From a virus: DNA of 64,000 bases. A program made the position numbers and the translations under genes. The notes under the pieces are model-generated. The model was given only the letters and a program-made list of their open reading frames with translations, was not told the origin of the DNA and made no database searches. Of this stretch, positions 29,364 through 39,583 are shown one piece after another. The stretch covers positions 128,001 through 192,000 of the IMG/VR virus record IMGVR_UViG_3300045971_000895; one strand, 5' to 3'. Position 1 is the first letter of the stretch; each line of letters opens with the position of its first letter.

Positions 29364-29579
29364 GCTCCTCCTATGCTCAGTCCCCCTTGCCCTCTATCAT
29401 GGTGCTGCATGGCCGACGCCTACGTCACTCTCGCCTCCATCCAGCCTTCGGGCTCCACCCAGGTCGAGACCCCTCAGGAATCGAAGACGCAGGGCGGCCG
29501 CTCCATGAAGCAGGGCATCTACGCTGAGAAGCGGAAGAACGCCGTCGACAGCACATCCACGAAGCTCCCGGAGTAAGAG

Positions 29580-30524
29580 ATGGCCATCGCCTACCCGTTC
29601 ACCGCTCGCTACTTCGTCCGCTTCCGCCACTCGGACACGGCCCTCACTCCGACGTTCAACTACTTCAAGAGGGCGGACACCCTCGTCGGTGTGACGTCTC
29701 CCCCCATCCTCGAGGTGGGCGGCGGGACGTACTACTTCGACTACAGCTTCACCACCTCGGCGGCGCCGGACCTCGTCTTCGAGATCGATGGCGGCTCCTC
29801 CATCCCCACGGAGGAGGTGCGCTACATCTCCGACACCATCTCCATCAAGGACCACTTCATCGACCAGCCTACGTCCCAAGTCGTCTCCGACGTCTGGACG
29901 GACGCCGTGGTCTACGCTGCCGGCACGAAGGGGAAGCGCGTCGCCGATGTTGGCGTGACAGGAGATGCCTACAACGCGGGTACTCTCTTCGGCGCCATCG
30001 TCAACGCCATCGAGATGATTCGAGGTGACGGCCACGGCAACACGGCAGGCAATAGCGTGAAGCAGGCCTACGACCGCATCGGGACTCCCGTCGGACTGAC
30101 CATCTCGGCCGACCTCCAGACGATCGACTCCCACATCACCACGTCGACCGGCGACACCGGAACGGCCATCACGGCTGCCGTCGTCAGCATCAAGGGAGGG
30201 GACGGCCGAGACCTCACCCAGATCTACAACTTCTCCAGTCACTTCGATGGGCAGATCGACCTCGTGCAGGCGATGGTCGCGCGGTGTCTCGGGATGCTCC
30301 ACGAGAACGCGGTGCTCGACAAGTGCATCTACGACATCTCGACCAACAAGTTGAGCTCGGCCCGGCTGCGGATGTACGACAGCTCTACCAACGCCCAGGC
30401 CGCCAAGGCGTTGGGGGATGGCACCACCTACACCACCGGCATGATCGGGCAGCACTCCATCGTCGCCGAGTACTCGGGCAGCAACATGTCCAACTACATG
30501 GTGGTGCGCGAGCTGCCGCTGTAA
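29580..30524 (+). CDS. hypothetical tail/baseplate protein (314 aa)
   Basis: ORF. Confidence 0.45.
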   Translation: MAIAYPFTARYFVRFRHSDTALTPTFNYFKRADTLVGVTSPPILEVGGGTYYFDYSFTTSAAPDLVFEIDGGSSIPTEEVRYISDTISIKDHFIDQPTSQVVSDVWTDAVVYAAGTKGKRVADVGVTGDAYNAGTLFGAIVNAIEMIRGDGHGNTAGNSVKQAYDRIGTPVGLTISADLQTIDSHITTSTGDTGTAITAAVVSIKGGDGRDLTQIYNFSSHFDGQIDLVQAMVARCLGMLHENAVLDKCIYDISTNKLSSARLRMYDSSTNAQAAKALGDGTTYTTGMIGQHSIVAEYSGSNMSNYMVVRELPL

Positions 30525-30533
30525 GGAGCTGCG

Positions 30534-31445
30534 ATGCTGGAGGTAACCAAGTTCTGGACTCGCTCCTTCGACCTCGACAGGGTTGATCTCTTCTGGGAGA
30601 TCGCCAACGTCCCTGGTCCGCGCTCGGATGCGGATCGGCACGATGTCTTGGAGCACGAGATCTTCGTTCTTCGGGCCGGGGACAGCCCAATGGGTCCGTA
30701 CGAGCAGATCGGCGGACCGCTTGTGGATCAGTACTTCTTCCGCGATGTGAAGGTGAACCTCCTTCACAAGTGGCGGCAGTACTTCTACAAGCTGCGGGTC
30801 GTGGATCGCCGGACGGGTGAGGCCAAGGAGTTCGGCCCCACTTCGTCCGGCGAGGATGCTCCCGACCTCATCGGCTCCGAGATCCAGCGCCAAGAGGACG
30901 TCCTCTTCCGCGAGTTCGTGGGGAGGAAGGGTTACCTCTTCATCTCGAGAACCTTCGGGCCGAGATGCTCTTGCTTCGACGTCACGCTGGGCCGCATCAC
31001 CAGGTCGAACCACCGGCCCTGCTATGGCACCGGGTGGTTGGGCGGCTACATGCAGCCCATCGAAGTCTTCGCCCAGTTCGACCCCAACCCCAAGAACGTC
31101 ACGCACAGCTCTCTGCCTCCGCAACAGGCAAGTGACACCTCCGCGAGGATGATCTCCTTCCCACCTGTGTCCCCCAAGGACATACTGGTCGAGGCAGACA
31201 ACAGGCGCTGGAGAGTCATCAGCGTTCGCAGCACCCAGAGGCTTCGCGCAGTGGTTCGGCAGGAGATCCAGCTTCACGAGATCCCCAGAGGGGATATCGA
31301 GTACGACCTCCCGGTGAACGTCAACGAGCGAGAGATGGTGGCCGTCGCCGACCGCAACTACACGAATCCCCAGAACGTCGAGAGCGGCAAGAGCTACTCC
31401 GACATCCTCTCCGCCTACGGACACCCCAGTGGAACTCTCCGGTAA
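30534..31445 (+). CDS. hypothetical tail/baseplate protein (303 aa)
   Basis: ORF with AGGAG RBS. Confidence 0.45.
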   Translation: MLEVTKFWTRSFDLDRVDLFWEIANVPGPRSDADRHDVLEHEIFVLRAGDSPMGPYEQIGGPLVDQYFFRDVKVNLLHKWRQYFYKLRVVDRRTGEAKEFGPTSSGEDAPDLIGSEIQRQEDVLFREFVGRKGYLFISRTFGPRCSCFDVTLGRITRSNHRPCYGTGWLGGYMQPIEVFAQFDPNPKNVTHSSLPPQQASDTSARMISFPPVSPKDILVEADNRRWRVISVRSTQRLRAVVRQEIQLHEIPRGDIEYDLPVNVNEREMVAVADRNYTNPQNVESGKSYSDILSAYGHPSGTLR

Positions 31446-31770
31446 CCTGCACCCCATCACGAAGCTCGCCTTCATCGACGAGCTCGAGAAGATCTCGAGA
31501 GAGGTCTCCCCGAGGGCACAGGCGAACCGGGACCAGGCCAAGAAGTTCTTGAAGAGCACCGCCATCATGATGGCAGGCTCTGCCGCTGGAGTGGGCACCT
31601 TCATGGTTGGAGACTTGCTGGCAGGGAAGCTCTTCGGTGCCGGATGGAACAGCCTCCCCAAGGAGGCTCGCCACATGATCCTCACGGCAGCAGGTGGCGC
31701 GGCCGCAGTAGGGTCTGCTCACTACGTGAAGCGCCTCGCTGAAGAGCGAGAGAAGTACATGCGCGCATGA
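31429..31770 (+). CDS. small protein with 'FIDELEKIS' motif and Gly/Ala-rich hydrophobic segment (113 aa)
   Basis: 'KLAFIDELEKISREV' followed by 'AIMMAGSAAGVGTFMVGDLLAG'. Confidence 0.4.
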   Translation: MELSGNLHPITKLAFIDELEKISREVSPRAQANRDQAKKFLKSTAIMMAGSAAGVGTFMVGDLLAGKLFGAGWNSLPKEARHMILTAAGGAAAVGSAHYVKRLAEEREKYMRA

Positions 31771-32543
31771 GCGTCCGAGTTCCGGCCGGGCCCCCGCAGC
31801 CCCAGGGTGTCGGTGAGGATCCTCTCACGCAGTACACTCGCGTCTTCACCAAGTTCCTCCAGCTCGTCTTCGCGAGCTTCCAGAAGGGGAACTACCAGTG
31901 GTCGTCCGACTACGAGACCACGGACATCATCGTCCAAGGCGAAGGCACGGTGGCTCTCGAGGTGGTGGAGAAGCGCCCGGCCATCGTCGTGGCGAGAGGC
32001 CCTGCCGCCTTCACCAACATCGCTCTCGATCAGTTCGCGGGGCCGCTCCTCGACGCAAGGACAGGGCGCATCACCCTCAACTACGACCCCGCCACGAGCG
32101 CACGCCGGCACACTGACCTCCTCTCTTCGGTGATGACCTTCAACTGTCTCTCGGCTGAGGGGCTCGAGGCACAGCGCCTTGCCTGGATCGCCGCCTACGC
32201 GGTGAGGACCTTGAAGCGGGCACTCATGCAGGTCGGGATGCACCGTGTAGGGGAAGACATCCAGGTTGGCGGCGAGAGCCCGCCCGGCGCCATCGTTCAG
32301 CCCGACACCACGGAGATCATCATGGTCTCCGTCTCGGTCCCGTTCTTCTTCCAGCAGACGTGGACCACCCAGCCGGAAGACAAAACGCTTCTCAATCAGG
32401 TGTCCATCGCTCTAAGGTCCGAGGTAGGCCTCCCGGAGACTGTGCAGCCGGTCATCCGCGGGGCAGGGATGAATGGACAGCTCCTGAGAGGCACGCAGTC
32501 TGTCCGCATTGACGAGATCCCAGGCCCCATCACAGGGCCGTAA
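31767..32543 (+). CDS. hypothetical tail protein (258 aa)
   Basis: ORF coupled to the previous gene. Confidence 0.45.
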   Translation: MSVRVPAGPPQPQGVGEDPLTQYTRVFTKFLQLVFASFQKGNYQWSSDYETTDIIVQGEGTVALEVVEKRPAIVVARGPAAFTNIALDQFAGPLLDARTGRITLNYDPATSARRHTDLLSSVMTFNCLSAEGLEAQRLAWIAAYAVRTLKRALMQVGMHRVGEDIQVGGESPPGAIVQPDTTEIIMVSVSVPFFFQQTWTTQPEDKTLLNQVSIALRSEVGLPETVQPVIRGAGMNGQLLRGTQSVRIDEIPGPITGP

Positions 32544-32569
32544 AGTGAAGAAGGAAGAAGGAGCCTGAC

Positions 32570-35500
32570 ATGGCGACTGGTGAGCTTCTGAGGCCCGGAG
32601 TCGAGGTCATCCAGCAGATTCGGAAGGCCTCTCCGACCGTGCTTCGTCCGACGCTTGTTCCCTGCGTCGTGGGGACGGCGTTCGAGGTCGTGAACGTCCT
32701 CAACTCGGACGGCACGATCAACACGAAGGCCAAGTGGGGCTCGTACGCGCAGATCGCCAAGGCGATCTCCGAGAGCGCCTTCCCCGATCCCCGCGGCAAC
32801 ATCGCGGAGCTCGACTTCCTCGAGGACACCGTCCGGCCGTACCTGCTGCACGGCGGCTCCCTGAGCTACCTGCCGCTGACGCACGGTTCGGCCTTCCTGG
32901 CGTCCCTGCACAAGGCGAGCAAGGCGGCCATCCAGACCGACATCTTCTCTGGCGTGTCCGGCAAGGCCCTCAACGGCCTGGTGCTCACCCTCGCCATCGA
33001 CCTCCCCGCCATCGCGGACCACAGCCGCGACATCGCCATCACCTTCGTCGGCTCTGGCGCCGGCGGGACTGGGGTGCTCACCTCTCAGCAGTGCGCGGAC
33101 CAGATCAACACCGCGGTCGGTGAGATCGTCGCCACCGTGGTCGGTGCCTCGCCCAACGACCGGGTGCAGATCGCATCGCCCACCTACGGCGCGCTCTCCT
33201 CGGTCACCATCCGGCCGGGCACCGCCAACGTCCCGCTCAAGGTCGCCTTCCTCACCACCGACGGCAACTACACCGAGCGCGTCGAGGGTGCCGGCCTGCG
33301 CGGCCAGGACGACCTGAACAACGACACCATCACGCCGTGGGTCGAGTTCTTCCAGGGCGAGTACTACTACGGTGCGGCCTCCGCGGCTGTCGCCGCGTCG
33401 TACCGGGCCCAGGTCGGCGCCATCGACCTCGAGACCCAGGTCTTCGCCGCGGCGAAGGCTGCTGCGGTCACCTTCTCTGGAGGCAGCCCGACGGTGCCCC
33501 TGAAGGTCGGCGACTTCGTCATCGCGGACGGCGTGCGCCTCGCCAGCGGCGAGGTGATGAAGGTCGAGACCAGCCGCTTCAAGGTCGGGACCATCAACAC
33601 GCTGCTCTCGTCCGCGGATGCCCAGGGCAACTACACCACCAAGGTGTACGACACCCAGCAGGTCGGGACGGCGTACGACTCGACGCCCTTCGCGCCGACG
33701 TACTGCTACTTCGTGGCCAACGACATCAACTGGCGTCTCGCCACTGGTGCGATGGCCGCCACGGTCACCGGCACCACGGTGTCCTTCGCCGCTGCCACCG
33801 CCGCCACCGTGGCCACCGTGGCCACCCCCGCCGGCCCCTACTCGCTCCAGGGCCTGGGGCTCCACTACACCGTCACCATCGACGGCGTGGAGACCGAGGG
33901 GACCTTCACCTTCACGGCCGCCTCCTACGCCGACATGGATGCGGTGGTCGCTGCGCTCGGGACCAACATCCCCGGCGTCCTCGCCACCAACGCCGGCGGG
34001 CAGCTCACGCTGACCTCGACGAAGACCGGCATCCTCCAGGGCATCACGGTCTGGGGCAACAGCACCTGCCGCTCGGTGCTGCTCTTCGCCTCCGATGTCG
34101 CTGACGTCGGCAGCGACACGAACTACACTGGCCTGACGGGCAAGTACCTGACGTTCCAGTTCGACTCGAACCCCCACACCTACCAGGTGCTGGCCACCAG
34201 CCTCTCCCTCGAGGAGCTCGTCGCCGAGGTCAACAAGACCGTCGGCGCGACGGTGGCGACCATCTCGTCTGGCTTCATCACGCTCACCTCGCCCCTCAAG
34301 GGCATCGCGAGCCGGGTGACCGTCCTCGACACCGGCTCCAGCAAGGCCGAGGACATCCTCGGGCTGACCGCGGGCAACACCAACGGCACGGGCCGCCCCT
34401 ACCCGGACGCCTACCTCGACGACTCGCTGGTCCTCCACATCGGCTCGGAGGTCCTGCGCGACTCGGTCAAGGGCTACCCGCTCGACCAGGCCTACGACAC
34501 CGGCACGCTCTACGTGCAGTACAAGGCGCTCCGCAAGGACGTCTCGGCTGCCTCGGCGCAGCCCGGCGTCATCCGCGTCTCCGACACCGACACCCTGCTG
34601 GCGGTGCTCGACCCGGTGACCGAGGAGAACCCGCTCGCCCTGGGCATGTTCCTCACCATGCTGAACGCCCCCACCTTCGAGGTGAAGGGTCTCGGCATCG
34701 ACGAGGTGACTGCCGCGGCGCCGGAGGGCACCGAGGTCGCCTGGGCCCGCGCGGCCGCGCTGCTGGAGACCGAAGAGGTCTACGCCATCGCCCCGCTCAC
34801 CCAGAACGAAGTCGTCCAGGGCATGTGGATGACCCACTGCTCGATCATGAGCGCCCCGGAGCAGGGTGGCGAGCGCATCGTCTTCCCCAACAAGAAGATG
34901 CCGACCACCAAGAACCCGGGCATCGCGGCCTCCGGCTCGGCGGCCAACAGCACGGCTTCTCCGAACCAGCTGGTGCTCGACACGAACCCGTCCTCGGGCC
35001 TCGTGGCTCTCGGCGTCAACCCCGCTCTCGCCTTCGCCCTCTCGAAGGGCGTCTACGTCGAGGTGACGGTCGCCAGCGAGCTCCGCCGGTACAACGTGTC
35101 GAGCGTCTCCGGCTCGCTCGTCAACCTGCGGACCACCTTCGCCACCGGCGAGAACACCGACGCCTTCTACTCGGACGTCTTCCTGAACGTCCCGGTGGTC
35201 AACAGCGCCTACTCGCTGAAGGTGCGCGGCGCCTCGCTCACCATCCCCGGCACCAACCCGGCGCTGTACGACTACTCGCTCATGAGCGAGACGGTCGCCG
35301 AGGCCAACGCCCTCTACAAGAACCGCCGCGTCTACGAGGTCTTCCCCGAGACGGTGCGGCTCCAGGTGAGCGGCGTCGAGAAGGCGCTGCCCGGCTACTA
35401 CGCCTCCTGCGCCATCGTGGGCATGGTGGCGGCGCAGCCCCCGCAGCAAGGCTTCACCAACTTCCCCATCGTCGGCCTGACCGGCGTGGTGGGGTCGGAG

Positions 35501-35908
35501 AAGTTCACCAAGCGCCAGCTGAACGTGATGGCCGGTGGCGGCACCTACATCCTCGTCCAGGAGGTTCCGGGTGGCTCCGTCTTCTGCCGGCACCAGCTGT
35601 CGACCGACCTGACCAGCGTCGAGACCCGCGAGCTCTCCATCACCAAGGTGGTCGACTTCGCGGCCAAGATCCTGCGCATCGGTGTTCGCCGGTTCATCGG
35701 GACCAGCAACATCAACCCCCAGCTGCTCGACATGCTGGGCGCCACGGTGCACGCCATCCTGAAGTTCCTCGAGGACACCGGCGTCATCAACGGGTCGAAC
35801 ATCAACAACCTGGTCCAGGACAAGGCGAACCCGGACACCATCCTCGTCGACGTCACCCTGGACGTTCCGTACCCCTGCAACTACATCCGCCTCACCTTGA
35901 TGGTGTGA
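32570..35908 (+). CDS. tail sheath protein (1112 aa)
   Basis: The C-terminal region '...FIGTSNINPQLLDMLGATVHAILKFLEDTGVINGSNINNLV...VTLDVPYPCNYIRLTL' resembles the conserved sheath C-terminal domain. Gene order before the putative tube fits. GGAG RBS. Confidence 0.5.
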   Translation: MATGELLRPGVEVIQQIRKASPTVLRPTLVPCVVGTAFEVVNVLNSDGTINTKAKWGSYAQIAKAISESAFPDPRGNIAELDFLEDTVRPYLLHGGSLSYLPLTHGSAFLASLHKASKAAIQTDIFSGVSGKALNGLVLTLAIDLPAIADHSRDIAITFVGSGAGGTGVLTSQQCADQINTAVGEIVATVVGASPNDRVQIASPTYGALSSVTIRPGTANVPLKVAFLTTDGNYTERVEGAGLRGQDDLNNDTITPWVEFFQGEYYYGAASAAVAASYRAQVGAIDLETQVFAAAKAAAVTFSGGSPTVPLKVGDFVIADGVRLASGEVMKVETSRFKVGTINTLLSSADAQGNYTTKVYDTQQVGTAYDSTPFAPTYCYFVANDINWRLATGAMAATVTGTTVSFAAATAATVATVATPAGPYSLQGLGLHYTVTIDGVETEGTFTFTAASYADMDAVVAALGTNIPGVLATNAGGQLTLTSTKTGILQGITVWGNSTCRSVLLFASDVADVGSDTNYTGLTGKYLTFQFDSNPHTYQVLATSLSLEELVAEVNKTVGATVATISSGFITLTSPLKGIASRVTVLDTGSSKAEDILGLTAGNTNGTGRPYPDAYLDDSLVLHIGSEVLRDSVKGYPLDQAYDTGTLYVQYKALRKDVSAASAQPGVIRVSDTDTLLAVLDPVTEENPLALGMFLTMLNAPTFEVKGLGIDEVTAAAPEGTEVAWARAAALLETEEVYAIAPLTQNEVVQGMWMTHCSIMSAPEQGGERIVFPNKKMPTTKNPGIAASGSAANSTASPNQLVLDTNPSSGLVALGVNPALAFALSKGVYVEVTVASELRRYNVSSVSGSLVNLRTTFATGENTDAFYSDVFLNVPVVNSAYSLKVRGASLTIPGTNPALYDYSLMSETVAEANALYKNRRVYEVFPETVRLQVSGVEKALPGYYASCAIVGMVAAQPPQQGFTNFPIVGLTGVVGSEKFTKRQLNVMAGGGTYILVQEVPGGSVFCRHQLSTDLTSVETRELSITKVVDFAAKILRIGVRRFIGTSNINPQLLDMLGATVHAILKFLEDTGVINGSNINNLVQDKANPDTILVDVTLDVPYPCNYIRLTLMV

Positions 35909-35943
35909 GCGGGTTGAACGTCCACTGCTACTGAGGAGCGCAC

Positions 35944-36678
35944 ATGTCCAGCCTCACGTCTTGGAATCCCTACTCCCAGAAGGTCGACAACGCGTCGGCC
36001 CTTGGAGAGGGCAGGTTTGCCTCCGGCGCGTTCACCATGATCGCCGCCGGTCCCCCGCGCCTCTCGTCCATCGGCGGCGGCGCGGCGGCAGGGCTCGACC
36101 TGTCCAGCGGCACGTCGAACTGGGCTCTGCCCATCGGCGTCGTCCAGAACTTCAACCTCGCCCACAACAAGAGCTTCGCCCGCTTCTGGGAGCTCGGCAG
36201 TGAGCGGTCGTACTTCATCGCCGGCCGCACGCAGGCGCAGGCCGGGTTCAGCCGGGTGCTCTACAACGGGCCCTCGCTGCTCCGGATGATGTACGCCTTC
36301 TACCAGGACCTCCTGGCGCCCACGACCATCAAGTCGTTCGGGGTCGACGCCAAGATCCCGCTCACGGTGGCGAACCAGCACAACGTGAAGATCCCGCCCG
36401 GGTTCGAGAACATCTACCTGAACCTGGCCTCGGACCTCTTCTCGCAGCCGTGCGGGCTCCTCTGCTACATGAAGGACTCCAACGAGACCACCCTCGGGGC
36501 CATCTACCTCGAGGAGACCTACCTGCCCTCGCACAGCATCGCGACGGACGCCCAGGGCGTGGTCATCCAGGAGCAGGTCTCGCTCCAGCCCGAGCGCGCG
36601 GTGCCCATCGCGCTCAACAGCCTGGCCCTGGTCGACTCGACCCTCACGCAGGCGCTCAACGCCGTCACTGGCGCCTAG
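35944..36678 (+). CDS. putative tail tube protein (244 aa)
   Basis: Immediately downstream of the sheath gene. Followed by a terminator. Confidence 0.38.
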   Translation: MSSLTSWNPYSQKVDNASALGEGRFASGAFTMIAAGPPRLSSIGGGAAAGLDLSSGTSNWALPIGVVQNFNLAHNKSFARFWELGSERSYFIAGRTQAQAGFSRVLYNGPSLLRMMYAFYQDLLAPTTIKSFGVDAKIPLTVANQHNVKIPPGFENIYLNLASDLFSQPCGLLCYMKDSNETTLGAIYLEETYLPSHSIATDAQGVVIQEQVSLQPERAVPIALNSLALVDSTLTQALNAVTGA

Positions 36679-36704
36679 CACGCCCCAAACGGGTAAGGGC
36701 TAAG

Positions 36705-36745
36705 AAGAAGGGCCGGTTCCTCGGGGGGAGCTGGCCCTTCCGCTT
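36705..36745 (+). terminator. hairpin terminator after tail module, preceded by 'GGGTAAGGGCTAAGAAGAAG'
   Basis: gaagggccgg...ctggcccttc inverted repeat between convergent genes. Confidence 0.55.
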
Positions 36746-36817
36746 TGGTGCGCCAGACGAAGCAGGGCTCGATTCTAGAGGGCCTGCTCTCCGGACCGCC
36801 CAAGGAGACGGGGCGGC

Positions 36818-37069
36818 CTACTTCTCGATGCCAGGGGCCCGCGGCTTGCGCGGCTTGGGGGTCTTCGTGAGGGACCTGACGCGGCCTGCCTGACGCCGGC
36901 CCTTCTCGTCGGTCACCACCTCGAACTCCACCGTGTCGCCCTGCGTCAGGGTCCGGTAGCCCTCCATCTCGATGTTCGAGTGGTGGACGAAGAGATCCTT
37001 GTCATCCCCGTCGGGGACAACGAAGCCGAAGCCCTTGACACTACTGAACCACTTCACCTTGCCATGCAC
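36818..37069 (-). CDS. cold-shock protein (CspA family) with basic C-terminal tail
   Basis: 'HGKVKWFSSVKGFGFVVPDGDDKDLFVHHSNI' matches the RNP1/RNP2 CSD motifs. Probable GTG start. C-terminal tail 'KTPKPRKPRAPGIEK'. Confidence 0.72.
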   Translation of the reverse strand: MHGKVKWFSSVKGFGFVVPDGDDKDLFVHHSNIEMEGYRTLTQGDTVEFEVVTDEKGRRQAGRVRSLTKTPKPRKPRAPGIEK

Positions 37070-37113
37070 GGAGCCATTGTCCGTGCATGGAGGGTCTGTG
37101 GGTAGGGGAAAGG

Positions 37114-37719
37114 CTAGGCGCTGGGTGCCGCGAGCGGCATGAAGGTCGGCGGAGCTGCGCCGTTTCCCGGCAGGGGAGTCGGCAGGAAGGTCGGCGGCGC
37201 CACGGAAGCCTTGGGCTCCGACGCGCGCCGGCGGGCCACCTCGGCCGCGATGCGGTCCTTCTCGCCGGTCTGGATGGCGTCGAGGCTGACCGTGACCTCG
37301 TCCCTGCCGGTGAGCGTGACCTCCGTCTGCCCGCCGCTGTGCGGCAGGAGCTGACGCAGCCGGTCGAGGTGGTCGAGCGTCCTCGCGGCCATGCTCTCGA
37401 ACTTGCCGAGCAGCTCCAGGTTGCCGCAGTTGCCCAGGGTCAGGTGGTTGGTGCAGACGTTGGTGAGGATCGTGGAGACCCGGTCCATCTCGTTGCGGAG
37501 GTCGTACTGCGAAGGGCTCTCCTCCTTCGTGAAGGCCGTCTCGACCTGGACGTTGGCGGGGGCGTCCTTCCACGGCTTCTTCAGGGGCGAGGGGGCCGCC
37601 GTCTTCACGGCGTGAGGGGTAACGGCAGGGGCCGACTTCATGGCCGCCTTGCCGGCCGCCTTCTTCTCGGCGGCGCGCTGCGTCTTGGTCTTGGTCCGGT
37701 CGTACTGTCCACGAGGCAT
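37114..37719 (-). CDS. hypothetical basic protein (201 aa)
   Basis: ORF with a Lys/Ala-rich N-terminus. Confidence 0.45.
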   Translation of the reverse strand: MPRGQYDRTKTKTQRAAEKKAAGKAAMKSAPAVTPHAVKTAAPSPLKKPWKDAPANVQVETAFTKEESPSQYDLRNEMDRVSTILTNVCTNHLTLGNCGNLELLGKFESMAARTLDHLDRLRQLLPHSGGQTEVTLTGRDEVTVSLDAIQTGEKDRIAAEVARRRASEPKASVAPPTFLPTPLPGNGAAPPTFMPLAAPSA

Positions 37720-37763
37720 GAGGGACTCCTGTGTGTGGGGAAAACTACCACAGGTCTATAACG

Positions 37764-37937
37764 TCACTCTGACACCCGTTCCAAGAACTTCTTGATGATG
37801 AGAAGAATCACCGTGCTCTTGGTAACTCTCTTCTTTGTGACGACTTGCATATCCTTCCGAAGAGCCTCGAGTTTGACTGAGAACTCTCTCGGAAGGGTCA
37901 CCTCAACGCGGTAACCCTTCACGCCGGTCTCCTCCAT
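37764..37937 (-). CDS. ribbon-helix-helix (CopG/Arc-like) DNA-binding protein
   Basis: 'MEETGVKGYRVEVTLPREFSVKLEALRKDM...' fits an RHH beta-strand plus helix pattern. Confidence 0.5.
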   Translation of the reverse strand: MEETGVKGYRVEVTLPREFSVKLEALRKDMQVVTKKRVTKSTVILLIIKKFLERVSE

Positions 37938-38215
37938 GCCATGAGAGCTCCCCACAGGATTCCCTGGTTGATGGGGAGCCCGAGATCGAAGTCAGTCGCC
38001 AGAAGAGACCGACCGAGACGCTGCTCGAGGCAGTAGAGGCACAGGGAGACGAAGCGCTTCTCCCTGTGCTCTCTCTCCTTCCCGGGCCACCTCGCTCGGA
38101 GCTCTGACTGCACCTCTCGGTAGTTCGGAAAGGCCTTGAGCCAGACCTCGTCGAGCACCATGTACGTCGGCGTCGCCTTGTCGCAGACGTAGCACCCCAG
38201 CCCGCCGTCCTTCAT
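37919..38215 (-). CDS. zinc-finger protein (98 aa)
   Basis: 'GCYVCDK...CLYC'. ATGA overlap with the upstream gene. Confidence 0.45.
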   Translation of the reverse strand: MKDGGLGCYVCDKATPTYMVLDEVWLKAFPNYREVQSELRARWPGKEREHREKRFVSLCLYCLEQRLGRSLLATDFDLGLPINQGILWGALMAWRRPA

Positions 38216-38502
38216 CTCGGCGACGCCACGTTGTCCTGGCGCAGCTCCTCGATGCTGTGCTCTCCGAGCATCCACAGCACGCCCTGGAGGAAGCCGTACC
38301 ACATGATGACGAGGTCCGGCTGGCCCACCTCGACGAAGTGGAGGATCTGGTTGCAGACCCAGAGAGCGTGCTGCTTCACCTCTCCCGTGCTGGTCTCGAC
38401 GGAGATGATGTCGACCTCGTGCATCTTCTTGGCGACGAAGCCCTCGCGGGTGAGCTCGTCGCGGTACTTCTTTACATCCTTGATGATCAGCTCTTCGGTC
38501 AT
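38212..38502 (-). CDS. hypothetical protein (96 aa)
   Basis: Start 'MTEELIIKDVKKY' with GAGGAGG RBS. Confidence 0.5.
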   Translation of the reverse strand: MTEELIIKDVKKYRDELTREGFVAKKMHEVDIISVETSTGEVKQHALWVCNQILHFVEVGQPDLVIMWYGFLQGVLWMLGEHSIEELRQDNVASPR

Positions 38503-38666
38503 TGTTCCTCCTCGGGGGCGTCCACCTTGTACTCGAGCTTCCTCTCCAACTCTTGCACCTTGGCACCGAGCGCCTTCACGCACTCGTACAGCCAACCGTC
38601 GTCTTGTCCGTCCTTGCCCGCCGGGTGCTTCAGCCCGCAGAAGCGGCAAGCCTTCTGGGCCATCAG
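38499..38666 (-). CDS. small zinc-ribbon protein (55 aa)
   Basis: 'MAQKACRFCGLKHPAGKDGQDDGWLYECVK' with GAAGGAA RBS. ATGA overlap downstream. Confidence 0.4.
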   Translation of the reverse strand: MMAQKACRFCGLKHPAGKDGQDDGWLYECVKALGAKVQELERKLEYKVDAPEEEQ

Positions 38667-39139
38667 GGTTCCTTCGGTGGCGCCGGCGTCTTCTCGCCGT
38701 AGCAGTAGGAGCAGGCGCCGTCTCCCGTGCGCGCCCAGGTGGCTTGGTCACGACCGCAGTGCTTGCACACCATGATGATCCGCGGAGACTCTCGATGCTC
38801 TGCGATGGTCTCCTCGAGCCAAGAGCCCGGCACGACACCAGGCACGAGCCCCTTTGCTCGCTCGGCGGCCAGGGCCGCAGACTTGGCGTCAGCAGCGATG
38901 GCCTCCGGAGAGTTCCACGGATGCTGAGTGGTGGGGCCTGGCCTCTTGCACAGCGGGCAGGACTTGTAGACCTTCCAGTCCATCTCGCCCGGATCTTGGA
39001 TGCGCTTCCGGAGGACGTTGTAGGCGACGAGGGTGGTGATGATGCGGTCCCATCCGTAGATGGCGATGGCCTCTTGTGCGTGACCGCCCTCGTAGATGTC
39101 TCTGATCTCCTCGTCAGAGAGGAGTGCTGGGATCGGCAT
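38663..39139 (-). CDS. hypothetical protein with C-terminal zinc ribbon (158 aa)
   Basis: 'CPLCKRPG' ... 'CKHCG...CSYC'. Confidence 0.45.
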   Translation of the reverse strand: MPIPALLSDEEIRDIYEGGHAQEAIAIYGWDRIITTLVAYNVLRKRIQDPGEMDWKVYKSCPLCKRPGPTTQHPWNSPEAIAADAKSAALAAERAKGLVPGVVPGSWLEETIAEHRESPRIIMVCKHCGRDQATWARTGDGACSYCYGEKTPAPPKEP

Positions 39140-39299
39140 GTGTCTCTTTCTTGGCGCGTTCGATGAAGCGGAGGAAGGCCTCCAACACCTCGGGCTCGAG
39201 GTAGATCGTGTTGGAAGCCTCCGCTCCGTTCTCAGTGGTGAGGATGACGTTGTACGGCCTGACCTCGGCGTACACGCTGTCCCCGAGGTAGGTCTTCAT
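39114..39299 (-). CDS. small protein (61 aa)
   Basis: 'MKTYLGDSVYAEVRPYNVILTTENG...' with AGGAA RBS. Confidence 0.4.
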   Translation of the reverse strand: MKTYLGDSVYAEVRPYNVILTTENGAEASNTIYLEPEVLEAFLRFIERAKKETHADPSTPL

Positions 39300-39583
39300 G
39301 GCGTTCCTTTGTTCCTCTTCATGAGCTTCGGCCCCTTCGGCTTGGGTGGCTTCTTCGGCAGCCGAAGCTCCTGGAAGAGCGACGAGATGATGAAGATGAC
39401 GGGGAGGAGGTTCGGCGCGAGGTACTTCCCGTCCATGATGCAGCCACAGACGAAGCAGTAGGGCGCCGATGTGGCCGTGTCGTGCACCGTGGTGACGTAG
39501 TTGATGACGAGCACTTCGGCATGGCAGGAGGCGCACGTTCCTTCATGCGCCCCCTTGCCGGCCCAGACGTCGTAGCGCCTCAC
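39296..39583 (-). CDS. zinc-finger membrane protein (~96 aa)
   Basis: GTG start with a GTGA overlap. 'CASCH...CFVCGC' followed by a hydrophobic 'LLPVIFIISSLF'. Confidence 0.4.
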   Translation of the reverse strand: MRRYDVWAGKGAHEGTCASCHAEVLVINYVTTVHDTATSAPYCFVCGCIMDGKYLAPNLLPVIFIISSLFQELRLPKKPPKPKGPKLMKRNKGTP